Virus record (IMG/VR): IMGVR_UViG_3300020190_000008 | Reading direction: 5' to 3' (one strand) | DNA length: 64,000 nucleotides | Origin: a virus | In this document: positions 18,230-26,108 of the stretch, piece after piece | Layout: every line of letters starts with the position of its first letter | Numbering within the stretch: position 1 is the first letter of the stretch | The notes under the pieces: generated by a model | The model's database searches: none | The model's input: the letters and a program-made list of their open reading frames with translations, nothing else | Told to the model about the DNA's origin: nothing | Made by a program: the position numbers and the translations under genes

Positions 18230-19309
18230 TTAAAGAATTTTTTTCATCAAATCTTTAATTCTATTTAATTCTTCATTTAATTTTAAACTTTCTTCTTCTT
18301 TTTTTAAATTGACTTTAGGTAGTTCAACTTCTGAAACTTCTTCACCACTACTAAATATTTCCTTAAATTTTTTCATGAAGGCTCTGATTTTTTCCAAATC
18401 AATTTTTATTTCAGCGCCAGTATCATCGGAAACTTTAACTTCAAATTTTTCAGCAATTGTTTTTATTTCACTTCTATTAAATTCCCTTTTACCCAATTCT
18501 TTTTCAAAGTAGTCCAAACATTCATCTAAAGAATTGAATGTTTTATCTTTCAAATCATTTATAAATGTTTCAGCGTCTGAATTTGAGGTTTTATCATCTT
18601 TTATAATTGAATCTTTTTTATATATTACAAGTGATGCTAAAACAATTTTTGAAAAATTGTCTTTAACATTCAAAGAATCTAGTTTTTCTAAAACACCTTC
18701 AATTATAGATTGTTCTTTAAAAGAAAAAGCGGTATAAAATATTTTTTTTATTTTTGGTACAACTTCATTAGATACTTCTTTTGAATCTTGACTTTCACTA
18801 TCATCAGTTGATGAATATTTTTCATCTGGTTTTTTGTTTCTAACACCTACGTGAATATGGTCATAGTGGTCTTTAACATTCCAACCAACTTGATATCTGT
18901 AGGTTCCAACATTAAAATTAATCCACTTACCGTTACCTTTTTGTAGTAATTTATCTGGCATTTTATCTTCTGATATCCACCCACGTTTTACAAATTCTTC
19001 TCTTAGTTTTTTCCAACCTTTATCACCTTTTTCACCACGACAAGGTAAATCAATACCATAAGAATCTTTTGAACCATCCCAGTGGTCTGACCTATTTCCA
19101 GATGCTGTTAATTTATTACTTCTTTTTTGTGAACCAGGGTTAAATCCTAAATCTTTTAACCAAGATGCCATCTGTAGTGCTCTTTCTGCAGAACCGGCCC
19201 AATCACCATTTATTCCACCACCAAGACAAACTTTACCTTGATCAAGACATCCAGGATATTTAGAACCAGTCGCAAAACCATATGTATTTGTTTCTACTAG
19301 TAAATTCAT
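18230..19309 (-). CDS. putative Zn peptidase (M15/LAS-like) with C-terminal EELNRIKDLMKK helix
   Basis: KR....SDH....GID...HYDHIHVG. Confidence 0.55.
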   Translation of the reverse strand: MNLLVETNTYGFATGSKYPGCLDQGKVCLGGGINGDWAGSAERALQMASWLKDLGFNPGSQKRSNKLTASGNRSDHWDGSKDSYGIDLPCRGEKGDKGWKKLREEFVKRGWISEDKMPDKLLQKGNGKWINFNVGTYRYQVGWNVKDHYDHIHVGVRNKKPDEKYSSTDDSESQDSKEVSNEVVPKIKKIFYTAFSFKEQSIIEGVLEKLDSLNVKDNFSKIVLASLVIYKKDSIIKDDKTSNSDAETFINDLKDKTFNSLDECLDYFEKELGKREFNRSEIKTIAEKFEVKVSDDTGAEIKIDLEKIRAFMKKFKEIFSSGEEVSEVELPKVNLKKEEESLKLNEELNRIKDLMKKIL

Positions 19310-19324
19310 ATGTATATAAATACA

Positions 19325-19792
19325 TCAATGAATTAAAAACCATTCTGGAATATTTCTATTTTTCCAATTTACAAAAGATTTTTTTGCAATCATATAATAA
19401 TTTCTATAAGATTCGATAACAGAATCTACTTTAAATTCGTCTGGCATTGCTTTTGGTGGTTGTGTAAAATCTTTATCTGGAATACTTGGTTTGTTGTCCA
19501 AACACCATTCTATAATATCCTGTGATTTATGTCTTTTACCGTAACGATATGTATATTCCTTACACAATTCTAAACCAAGGTCACATAAATAAAGGTAATT
19601 CGAAAGACTTTCACGGGTCCATATGGCACAAGGGTGATTTTTATGTGATAACTTATAAGGAGCTTCTGAACCAATAACCCAATGAACACCACATAAAAGT
19701 TGAGCTGTTTCTAAAATCATTTTAACAACGTGTTTATCACAATGATACTGTGCACATTTTTTAGTATCAAAATCTAAAAAAAATATATTCAT
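19325..19792 (-). CDS. pyrimidine-dimer DNA glycosylase/DenV-related protein
   Basis: MNIF.LD..A..HCDKHVVKM.LE.AQLL, HKNHPC.IW, YR.YY. Confidence 0.75.
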   Translation of the reverse strand: MNIFFLDFDTKKCAQYHCDKHVVKMILETAQLLCGVHWVIGSEAPYKLSHKNHPCAIWTRESLSNYLYLCDLGLELCKEYTYRYGKRHKSQDIIEWCLDNKPSIPDKDFTQPPKAMPDEFKVDSVIESYRNYYMIAKKSFVNWKNRNIPEWFLIH

Positions 19793-19871
19793 ATAACAAA
19801 GATATAACTTTTTTTTTAATCAACAAAAAACCCCACCTAAAAGATGGGGTTCACAAAAAGTTATAAGAAAC

Positions 19872-20039
19872 TTATTTTTTTGCAATGATTGACCAGATTG
19901 CACCAACTAGTGTCATAACACCACCAGTAATTTCAACAACAACACTTTCATCAGCCCATCCTTTCATTACAACGATACCACCAACAAATGTCAAAGCATG
20001 TCTAACAATTCCTAAAACTTGTTCTTTTGTTAATTTCAT
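19872..20039 (-). CDS. small two-TM membrane protein, putative holin
   Basis: MKLTKEQVLGIVRHALTFVGG...GAIWSIIAKK (55 aa). Confidence 0.6.
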   Translation of the reverse strand: MKLTKEQVLGIVRHALTFVGGIVVMKGWADESVVVEITGGVMTLVGAIWSIIAKK

Positions 20040-20110
20040 TTTAATTTGATTTAACGTTTATTTGTTTTTATATAAATACAAAAAGAAATGAAAAAAAATC
20101 AAATTATATT

Positions 20111-20194
20111 TTATTTTCCCTTATATCTTAAATAAGAAACTAAAAGAATTCCAATAAGAGAAATGGGTACTAAACAAGCAATAATTACTTCCAT
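20111..20194 (-). CDS. 27-aa hydrophobic peptide
   Basis: MEVIIACLVPISLIGILLVSYLRYKGK; TATTTAT upstream. Confidence 0.35.
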   Translation of the reverse strand: MEVIIACLVPISLIGILLVSYLRYKGK

Positions 20195-20302
20195 GATATT
20201 TGTTTTTTAATAAATACGAACACAAAATACGTTACAATGTAATAGATGAATAGAACTATATTATAAAATATTATCCACAAATTTCAAATTAACTTTTTTA
20301 GA

Positions 20303-20417
20303 TGTCAGGGTGGGATTCGAACCCACAATGAGCAACCTTATAACTTTTCGCGTCCAAATTGCTCTTGGACCGTGGTGTTTTTCGGACTCGGCACCATGCC
20401 TCATTACACTCCTGACA
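20303..20417 (-). tRNA. aberrant tRNA-like element (expanded anticodon loop, long variable arm)
   Basis: TGTCAGG/CCTGACA acceptor stem; perfect T-arm GTGGG-TTCGAAT-CCCAC; no canonical 7-nt anticodon loop. Confidence 0.55.
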
Positions 20418-20427
20418 AACAACGACT

Positions 20428-20501
20428 CTTCAGCTTTCTACTCCCAGCCCCGAGGAATTGTATATAACTTAGCCCATCTCACCGCTGTGTGGGAACTGAA
20501 G
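20428..20501 (-). ncRNA. candidate small structured RNA
   Basis: CTTCAG/CTGAAG and TTCCCA/TGGGAG nested stems; GC-rich. Confidence 0.35.
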
Positions 20502-20588
20502 TTTACTAATGTCTTTTTCTTATGACAAACATAAACAATATAAATGATATTAACAATAGTGGTGTCATAATTTTTTTAATTTAAAAAA

Positions 20589-20655
20589 GGTGGAGATTTG
20601 AATCCAACGCATGATCACCCATACGCTTCGTTTCTTTTGTCTTAGGCACTCCACC
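20589..20655 (-). ncRNA. degenerate tRNA-like element
   Basis: GGTGGAG/CTCCACC terminal stem; TTCAAAT T-loop-like sequence; internal hairpin. Confidence 0.35.
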
Positions 20656-20664
20656 ATTGTAAGT

Positions 20665-20742
20665 TCTTCTTTGCTTGCGCCCCCATTCACGGACTTCCGA
20701 TTTCCCAATGGGTTTTACCGTCCTATCGGAGTCAGGTAACCA
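20665..20742 (-). ncRNA. candidate pseudoknotted RNA directly 3' of a tRNA-like element
   Basis: GACTCCGAT/ATCGGAAGTC stem; loop CCCATT complementary to downstream AATGGG. Confidence 0.35.
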
Positions 20743-20745
20743 CTG

Positions 20746-20850
20746 TTGTCAGGACAGGATTCGAACCTGCACGGAATAAGTGTAATATTTACCTTATTCC
20801 AAGGAGTCTTGGGTATCTCTCCCAGCGTCTACCAATTCCGCCACTTGACT
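20746..20850 (-). tRNA. Leu-type tRNA body with non-canonical anticodon loop (pseudo-tRNA)
   Basis: TGGCGGAATTGGTAGACGC D-arm; GCAGG-TTCGAAT-CCTGT T-arm; long variable arm; loop AGAGATA lacks U33. Confidence 0.6.
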
Positions 20851-20857
20851 GTTTTTT

Positions 20858-20950
20858 TGTAGTTTAGTAGTTAAATCAAACTCTCGTTTCACTATCTTGA
20901 TTTAACAGGTTGATACACTTTACGAGTTTCCCGTTTCTTACAACCACAAT
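20858..20950 (-). ncRNA. candidate structured RNA
   Basis: TTGTGGTT/AACTACAA closing stem; 10-bp GTTAAATCAA/TTGATTTAAC stem; CTCGT/ACGAG possible pseudoknot. Confidence 0.4.
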
Positions 20951-20993
20951 GTTTTTCAATATTTCAAAGAACCTTTATTCCTTATTTGTCTTA

Positions 20994-21025
20994 CAAAGAT
21001 ATGTAGAATTTTTTAATCTACCAAA
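20994..21025 (-). promoter_or_regulatory. Bacteroidetes -33/-7 promoter for the RNA cluster
   Basis: TTTG-N20-TATCTTTG; near-identical copy at about 21429-21460. Confidence 0.7.
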
Positions 21026-21129
21026 TCTTTTTTAAACTTTTCTTTTCTTGTGTATTTTTTTTTATTACGATACACATTTGGCCTTGTTGCCATCTTAATT
21101 TCCTCATATGTAATCTCAATTGTTTTCAT
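21013..21129 (-). CDS. 38-aa basic peptide (ArfA-like C-terminus?)
   Basis: MKTIEITYEEIKMATRPNVYRNKKKYTRKEKFKKDLVD. Confidence 0.45.
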   Translation of the reverse strand: MKTIEITYEEIKMATRPNVYRNKKKYTRKEKFKKDLVD

Positions 21130-21421
21130 CGTTATATAATCTTTGAACGTGTTTAATTATTCTATTTATATCTTCTTTTGTTTGGTAACCTAGTACATCA
21201 TTTGTTAATTCTGTATCATAACAAATTTCCCACTGATCTTTTGTCCCCTTTAAAATTGCAACTTCAAAAGTATCATCATCTGTATATGATGAATAACGAA
21301 AATGCCCCGGAAATTTAAACCTAGCAATCGAAAGTCCATATCCACCAGGAAAGAAAATCAATCCGTGTAATCCATCACCAACTTTATGTGGTCCAAACTT
21401 TATATCATCAAATGTTACCAT
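21116..21421 (-). CDS. hypothetical phage protein
   Basis: F.GGYGLS...FEVAIL..DVLGY motif common in phage proteins. Confidence 0.7.
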   Translation of the reverse strand: MVTFDDIKFGPHKVGDGLHGLIFFPGGYGLSIARFKFPGHFRYSSYTDDDTFEVAILKGTKDQWEICYDTELTNDVLGYQTKEDINRIIKHVQRLYNDENN

Positions 21422-21486
21422 AAAACAAAAGTATAAATAATTTTTTAATCTACCAAATTTATTTTTTGTATCTTAAGTAGGATTCC

Positions 21487-21987
21487 CTATTTAATTTCAA
21501 ATGCCGATTTCATATGACGTTTTGTTTTGACTGCATCTTCAGGGTTACCAATAACAACACCGTCTTTGATTGTAAACGCATGTCCTCTGACCAATACAAA
21601 GAAAGTTCCTTTTGGGTTTTTCTTTACAAACGTACCAACAGTCATTTGTCTTTTAACTTTTTCACCTTTAACTTTTATTTCATATGAAAGTGAATATGGA
21701 TAAATTACACTATTACTTTTTGTACCAATAGGGATAATTTTTTTATTATTAACTTTGATCACACCTTCAGATAATTTACTCATCTTAGATGCCGTAAAGT
21801 AGGTTCCCTTTCTTGGTTCTCTTTTAAACTCCTCTGCAACATACTTATGTGCATAATCATAAGTAACATCAAACGCCGAAGCAAATGCCCTAACAACACA
21901 ATCATTTGTTTCTTTTCTTGCGGTTAAAGAATCACTATAACCTTTAATCGCACTTCCTGTAGATTCGTATGGTAATTGGTTTTTCAT
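21487..21987 (-). CDS. hypothetical protein (NDCVVRA...H motif)
   Basis: Cys/His pattern; start moved to the ATG 4 nt after TATATTTG. Confidence 0.65.
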   Translation of the reverse strand: MKNQLPYESTGSAIKGYSDSLTARKETNDCVVRAFASAFDVTYDYAHKYVAEEFKREPRKGTYFTASKMSKLSEGVIKVNNKKIIPIGTKSNSVIYPYSLSYEIKVKGEKVKRQMTVGTFVKKNPKGTFFVLVRGHAFTIKDGVVIGNPEDAVKTKRHMKSAFEIK

Positions 21988-22034
21988 AATACAAATATAC
22001 AAAAAGTTTTTTGATTGACAAAATTAAAAATTAA

Positions 22035-22107
22035 CACGTACACAAGGATTTAACCCCTAACCGAACGGGTTGAAGCCGTTTATGCTAAACCATTACACCA
22101 GAGACAT
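22035..22107 (-). pseudogene. degenerate tRNA with UCA anticodon
   Basis: D-arm TGGTGTAATGGTTTAGCAT; AACGG-CTTCAAC-CCGTT anticodon arm; T-loop and acceptor stem decayed. Confidence 0.5.
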
Positions 22108-22174
22108 AGTAGTGCCCGACCTAGCTCGGGACCGACTTCGGGTTGTACCCACCCAAAGTGTTTTTGAAAAAAAA

Positions 22175-22537
22175 TTAATATTCATCATTTTTTCCACCCC
22201 AAACTTCATCGTATTTTGGATTTTCAATCCAGGTATCTTCTTCACCCAATTTTTCATTTCGTAAGTATTCAATGTATTCTTCCAAACCATCAATTACTTG
22301 TTGGATTCTTTCTTTTCTTCCTTTTGGTGTTATTTCTTTTTTTAATCTTTTTTCTTGTGAAAGGTATCCAAATTCACCAGATGGTGTAAAAATATTTGCA
22401 CTATCATAACCAAAGAAGATATCATCCAATTTATTTTTCATATCTAACTCTTGTTTGACTTCTTCTTCACTTTCTTTTACAATTCTTTTAATAAGTCTTG
22501 TAAGGTCTCTTTCTGTTAGTTTAATTACTTTTTTCAT
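22175..22537 (-). CDS. leader-bearing hypothetical protein
   Basis: MKKVIKLTERDLTRLIKRIVKE leader. Confidence 0.75.
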   Translation of the reverse strand: MKKVIKLTERDLTRLIKRIVKESEEEVKQELDMKNKLDDIFFGYDSANIFTPSGEFGYLSQEKRLKKEITPKGRKERIQQVIDGLEEYIEYLRNEKLGEEDTWIENPKYDEVWGGKNDEY

Positions 22538-22565
22538 AATTTTTTATTTATAAATATTATATTAT

Positions 22566-23003
22566 TTAGTATTCCCAACTTTTTTTCTTTTTTGGTTTGT
22601 CTGAACAAACAATTGGCTGGTCTACAATGTCCCACCTTCGGCTATAAACTTCTTCTGATATTGGCTCTTCTTCTTCGTGTGTTAACATATCATCCAGAAT
22701 TTCAAATGTTCTTTCTATATTTTCACATATAAAATCACTAACTTCTTCTGGTGTAGGACCATCTACTGGAAGTTCGGCTTTAATTCTTTCATCACCATAT
22801 TCTTCATCAATACAGACAAGGATTGATCCATATTGTCTATTTTCCATATCAGTTACTTTATTTCTAGCTACTTTGATTTTACAGGCTTCACCTGTTATTG
22901 GGTGGGTGTACTTAATATCTTCTTCGGAATACTTTTCTTCTTTAAGAATTCTTTTAATTAGACTTATTAATTCAGTTTCAGTTAGTCGTATTCTTTTCTT
23001 CAT
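22566..23003 (-). CDS. leader-bearing hypothetical protein
   Basis: MKKRIRLTETELISLIKRILKE leader. Confidence 0.75.
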   Translation of the reverse strand: MKKRIRLTETELISLIKRILKEEKYSEEDIKYTHPITGEACKIKVARNKVTDMENRQYGSILVCIDEEYGDERIKAELPVDGPTPEEVSDFICENIERTFEILDDMLTHEEEEPISEEVYSRRWDIVDQPIVCSDKPKKKKSWEY

Positions 23004-23100
23004 AAGAATAAATATCTTGAAGATATGAAAAATAATCTTCAGAATTTATAAATTCATTATGTATTTGTTCAAATATATCTTCCATAATATTTTTTTTGTG

Positions 23101-23174
23101 TAGTCCCGCCAGGATTCAAACCTGGAATCTACTCATTAGAAGTGAGTTGCATTATTCAATTATGCTACGGGACC
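23101..23174 (-). tRNA. tRNA-Arg(UCU)
   Basis: cloverleaf: GGTCCCG/CGGGACT, ACTCA-CTTCTAA-TGAGT, CCAGG-TTTGAAT-CCTGG; D-loop GA and T-loop T56 are atypical. Confidence 0.85.
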
Positions 23175-23179
23175 GCATA

Positions 23180-23359
23180 TTAAATCTTTTTAACTTGATA
23201 TTTATGACCAGAATCTGAATTTAATTCAAAAATCTCTCTCATTTTTTCTGCTTCTTTTTCGGTATCAAATTCCCAAATTTCACTTTCGCTGTTAAGTAGT
23301 ATAACTGGAACTCTTTTTTTGTTTTCGTCTAATTTGATGTGTTTTACAATTACGTACAT
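23180..23359 (-). CDS. hypothetical 59-aa protein
   Basis: hand translation MYVIVKHIK...WEFDTEKEAEK... Confidence 0.6.
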   Translation of the reverse strand: MYVIVKHIKLDENKKRVPVILLNSESEIWEFDTEKEAEKMREIFELNSDSGHKYQVKKI

Positions 23360-23399
23360 ATGATTTTTCTATAAAACATAAAAATTAAAACATAATAAA

Positions 23400-25220
23400 T
23401 CAAACTCTTAATGAATCTTTACCAATATTAAAATCTTTGGTTTCTGAAATTTGTGGTTTTTTATTTACTGAAACACTCTTTGATTTATTCGCTAATGAAT
23501 TTTTGTCTAATTGTTTTTCTGGTTTGTGGTTTTGTTTTACTTGACTAATTGGTGGTCTTTCTTTTATTTGTGATTTTGGTTTGTGTTTAACTTCTTCTAT
23601 TATATAATTCCTAAAAGGTTGTGGTTCAACAGATTTATTCTGTAATAAACTTAAAGGTGATATGTTTTTTTCAACCTTTGGTATGTTTGGACTTGTAATG
23701 TCTTTTCTTAATGTTGTTACTGTTTGTGTGTTAAGCATAATATATGGTTCTGTGACCATTTTAATTATTGGTCCGACAGAATTTCGTTGTCTTGCTAATT
23801 TTCCATAATGTGCTCTTAATTTTGAACCCATTCCGGTATCTGGTCTACTTGTTAAACCATTTTTATGTATTCTTCTATAAAAATTAATTTTATTTGTGAA
23901 CTTAAATTTATATTGTTTTGTTCCATATAATCTACCCATAAAATCAGAATCTGCGGCACACATCCAGGGTTCAAACCCGTTCATATAATCAAATATGTCT
24001 TTTCTAATTGCGAACACACCTTCACCAACGTGTTTTTTTGTTTGTGAATTATATGGTTTACCATCGACAAAATTTGTATAATATGGTTTTACACAATCGT
24101 GTGTCGTAAGACCCTTAATTGAATCTTCAACCATATTTAAATCCATAATATCATCGGAACCAAAGAATAAAATGTTTTTTGATTTTGCTAATTTTGATAA
24201 AGTGTTAAATACAATATAAGGTCCGTTGTTCTTTCCAAAAAAGAAAAATTCAAAATAACCTGGATAACTATGTGATTCGATATGTTCTTTGGATTCAAGG
24301 CAAGAATCAATACCAACCAAAACTTGTACTTTCTTTTCACCAATTGAATTTATAATTGAATTAAAACAATCTTCTAAATATTTTGTGTTTAAATATGTTG
24401 ATATTATTATTGTAAGTTCATATATGGATGTCGAATTTATTGAATTTTTTATATTGTATGGCCAACCTAAATCGTTAACACTTAAATTTGTTTTTGTAAA
24501 AATATTTGGTTTTGTATCAAAATATGATTCTCTGGAATGGCTTATGTTATTATGTCCCTGTGTGTCAATACTATCATTATATAGTTTATCGTCAAAATAT
24601 CTTCTAAAATTTCTAGAAACTTGTTTACAAGAAATAACACAATGGTTATATATGTAACCATCAATACCACTTTTAAGTTTAGAAAATGGTAAATTTTTCA
24701 TATATTCCGTTTTAAGGGACATATTTAAATTTGTTAATCCTTTGAATTCATATAGAATTACTCTATCACTTATAAAAGAATAAAAATAACCTTTAGTTTG
24801 ATCATACCAGTCATAATCTTCATTTACTATTTTTTCATAACTTATTTTAAGTCTTGATTTTGGTGAATAACAATCGGCGGCTTGGAGCATAAAACACTGA
24901 GATGTTGGGCTAACATTTTTTCCAATTTCAATCCATTTTTCAACAAGAGATACTTTTTCTTTTCCACTTATAAATAATATTTTAGAACATCCAACAGATT
25001 TTAATTCTTCTATATAATCATATAAAACATTTGGGAATATTGATTGTTCGTGTTCTTCTTCATATATGATAAGTTCCCAATTAAAATTTATATTTTCTTG
25101 TTTTACTAAACTTTCAAGACACACCCATGCTATTTTTTTACTATTGTAGACCGGGAGTGCAACAGTTAGTATTGGTTCTTTTTCGTTTTCAAAAATATTT
25201 TCTAAAATTATTTTACCCAT
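23400..25220 (-). CDS. tandem GT2 glycosyltransferase
   Basis: LTVALPVYN...AADC domain, then IIISTY...GIDS...FFGSDD...ADSDF domain. Confidence 0.8.
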   Translation of the reverse strand: MGKIILENIFENEKEPILTVALPVYNSKKIAWVCLESLVKQENINFNWELIIYEEEHEQSIFPNVLYDYIEELKSVGCSKILFISGKEKVSLVEKWIEIGKNVSPTSQCFMLQAADCYSPKSRLKISYEKIVNEDYDWYDQTKGYFYSFISDRVILYEFKGLTNLNMSLKTEYMKNLPFSKLKSGIDGYIYNHCVISCKQVSRNFRRYFDDKLYNDSIDTQGHNNISHSRESYFDTKPNIFTKTNLSVNDLGWPYNIKNSINSTSIYELTIIISTYLNTKYLEDCFNSIINSIGEKKVQVLVGIDSCLESKEHIESHSYPGYFEFFFFGKNNGPYIVFNTLSKLAKSKNILFFGSDDIMDLNMVEDSIKGLTTHDCVKPYYTNFVDGKPYNSQTKKHVGEGVFAIRKDIFDYMNGFEPWMCAADSDFMGRLYGTKQYKFKFTNKINFYRRIHKNGLTSRPDTGMGSKLRAHYGKLARQRNSVGPIIKMVTEPYIMLNTQTVTTLRKDITSPNIPKVEKNISPLSLLQNKSVEPQPFRNYIIEEVKHKPKSQIKERPPISQVKQNHKPEKQLDKNSLANKSKSVSVNKKPQISETKDFNIGKDSLRV

Positions 25221-25237
25221 GTTTTATATTATGATTT

Positions 25238-26005
25238 TTAATAATAAAGCCAATTATCGTTTATATTAAGATAATGATAAAAATCATCAACAATTTGTGA
25301 ATTATCTTCCATTCTATTTTCATATTCTTTATTTATTATATTAATAATATCTTCATCATCCAAAAATGGTATTGCATTTGGTAAGTTTCCATTGTAGATA
25401 CATTTCCTACCCATAAGACCTAATTCACATACTGTGTTTGGTAAACCATCGTGTTTTGTCAACCTAAGTCCAATAAAACACGACTCATATATTTTTTGTA
25501 GTTCTTCCTTATTGTAAGTGTCTTTTTGTGTTATATATATTTTATATGGTAATTTATTTTTAATTCGGTTCAAAATATCAATACCATAAAAATTATTTTC
25601 TACACTACCATAAAAATATACATTTTCACCTCTAGGTTTTTGATTTTTAATATTTAACGTTGGTGTTATAGGTAAAATTTCATTTGCAATATTAAACGTA
25701 TTTAAGTCTTCTGAAATAAAACTGGACTTTGCAATATTTTTAACAGTTCTAATTTTAGGTACAAAATCTATAAATTTATCAATTTTATGTGAATCACTTC
25801 CACACCAAACAATTATCGAATTGCTCCTATGTAAATCAAAGTCTTCATAATCTTCTTTACGGTATAAACCAAAAAAAACGGTTGGAGTTTCATTATTGGT
25901 ATATGGTATCAAATTATATTTTTCCATCAATTGATTTTCAAAATTTTTTACAGAGGCACTAACCCTTGCTTGAATAAATCTTCCCATAATAAATAAATAC
26001 AACAT
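25238..26005 (-). CDS. GT-B-like glycosyltransferase
   Basis: WCGSD; IYESCFIGLRLTKHDGLPNTVCELGLMG (GT4-like donor motif). Confidence 0.55.
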   Translation of the reverse strand: MLYLFIMGRFIQARVSASVKNFENQLMEKYNLIPYTNNETPTVFFGLYRKEDYEDFDLHRSNSIIVWCGSDSHKIDKFIDFVPKIRTVKNIAKSSFISEDLNTFNIANEILPITPTLNIKNQKPRGENVYFYGSVENNFYGIDILNRIKNKLPYKIYITQKDTYNKEELQKIYESCFIGLRLTKHDGLPNTVCELGLMGRKCIYNGNLPNAIPFLDDEDIINIINKEYENRMEDNSQIVDDFYHYLNINDNWLYY

Positions 26006-26014
26006 AAAAACAAA

Positions 26015-26034
26015 ATAGGAACCGAAGTTCCTAT
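26015..26034 (-). terminator. intrinsic terminator (C-UUCG-G loop)
   Basis: ATAGGAAC-TTCG-GTTCCTAT-TTT on the minus strand. Confidence 0.75.
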
Positions 26035-26040
26035 CTTGTC

Positions 26041-26108
26041 AGATACTTAAACACCTCCTTCTTTTAGATGGTTTATTCTTATTCGGTAACTACACCAAAC
26101 AAGTATCT
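26041..26108 (-). ncRNA. 3'-UTR stem-loop carrying an extended complement to the Bacteroidetes 16S 3' end
   Basis: AGATACTT/AAGTATCT closing stem; AAGGAGGTGTT at 26050-26060 with no downstream start codon. Confidence 0.4.

Noticed and set aside
20428-20501. HDV-like ribozyme (contains TTCCTCG and GGCTAAG)
   Set aside because: Motifs are in the wrong order and no convincing P1/P2/P3 pairing was found; kept only as an unknown structured RNA.
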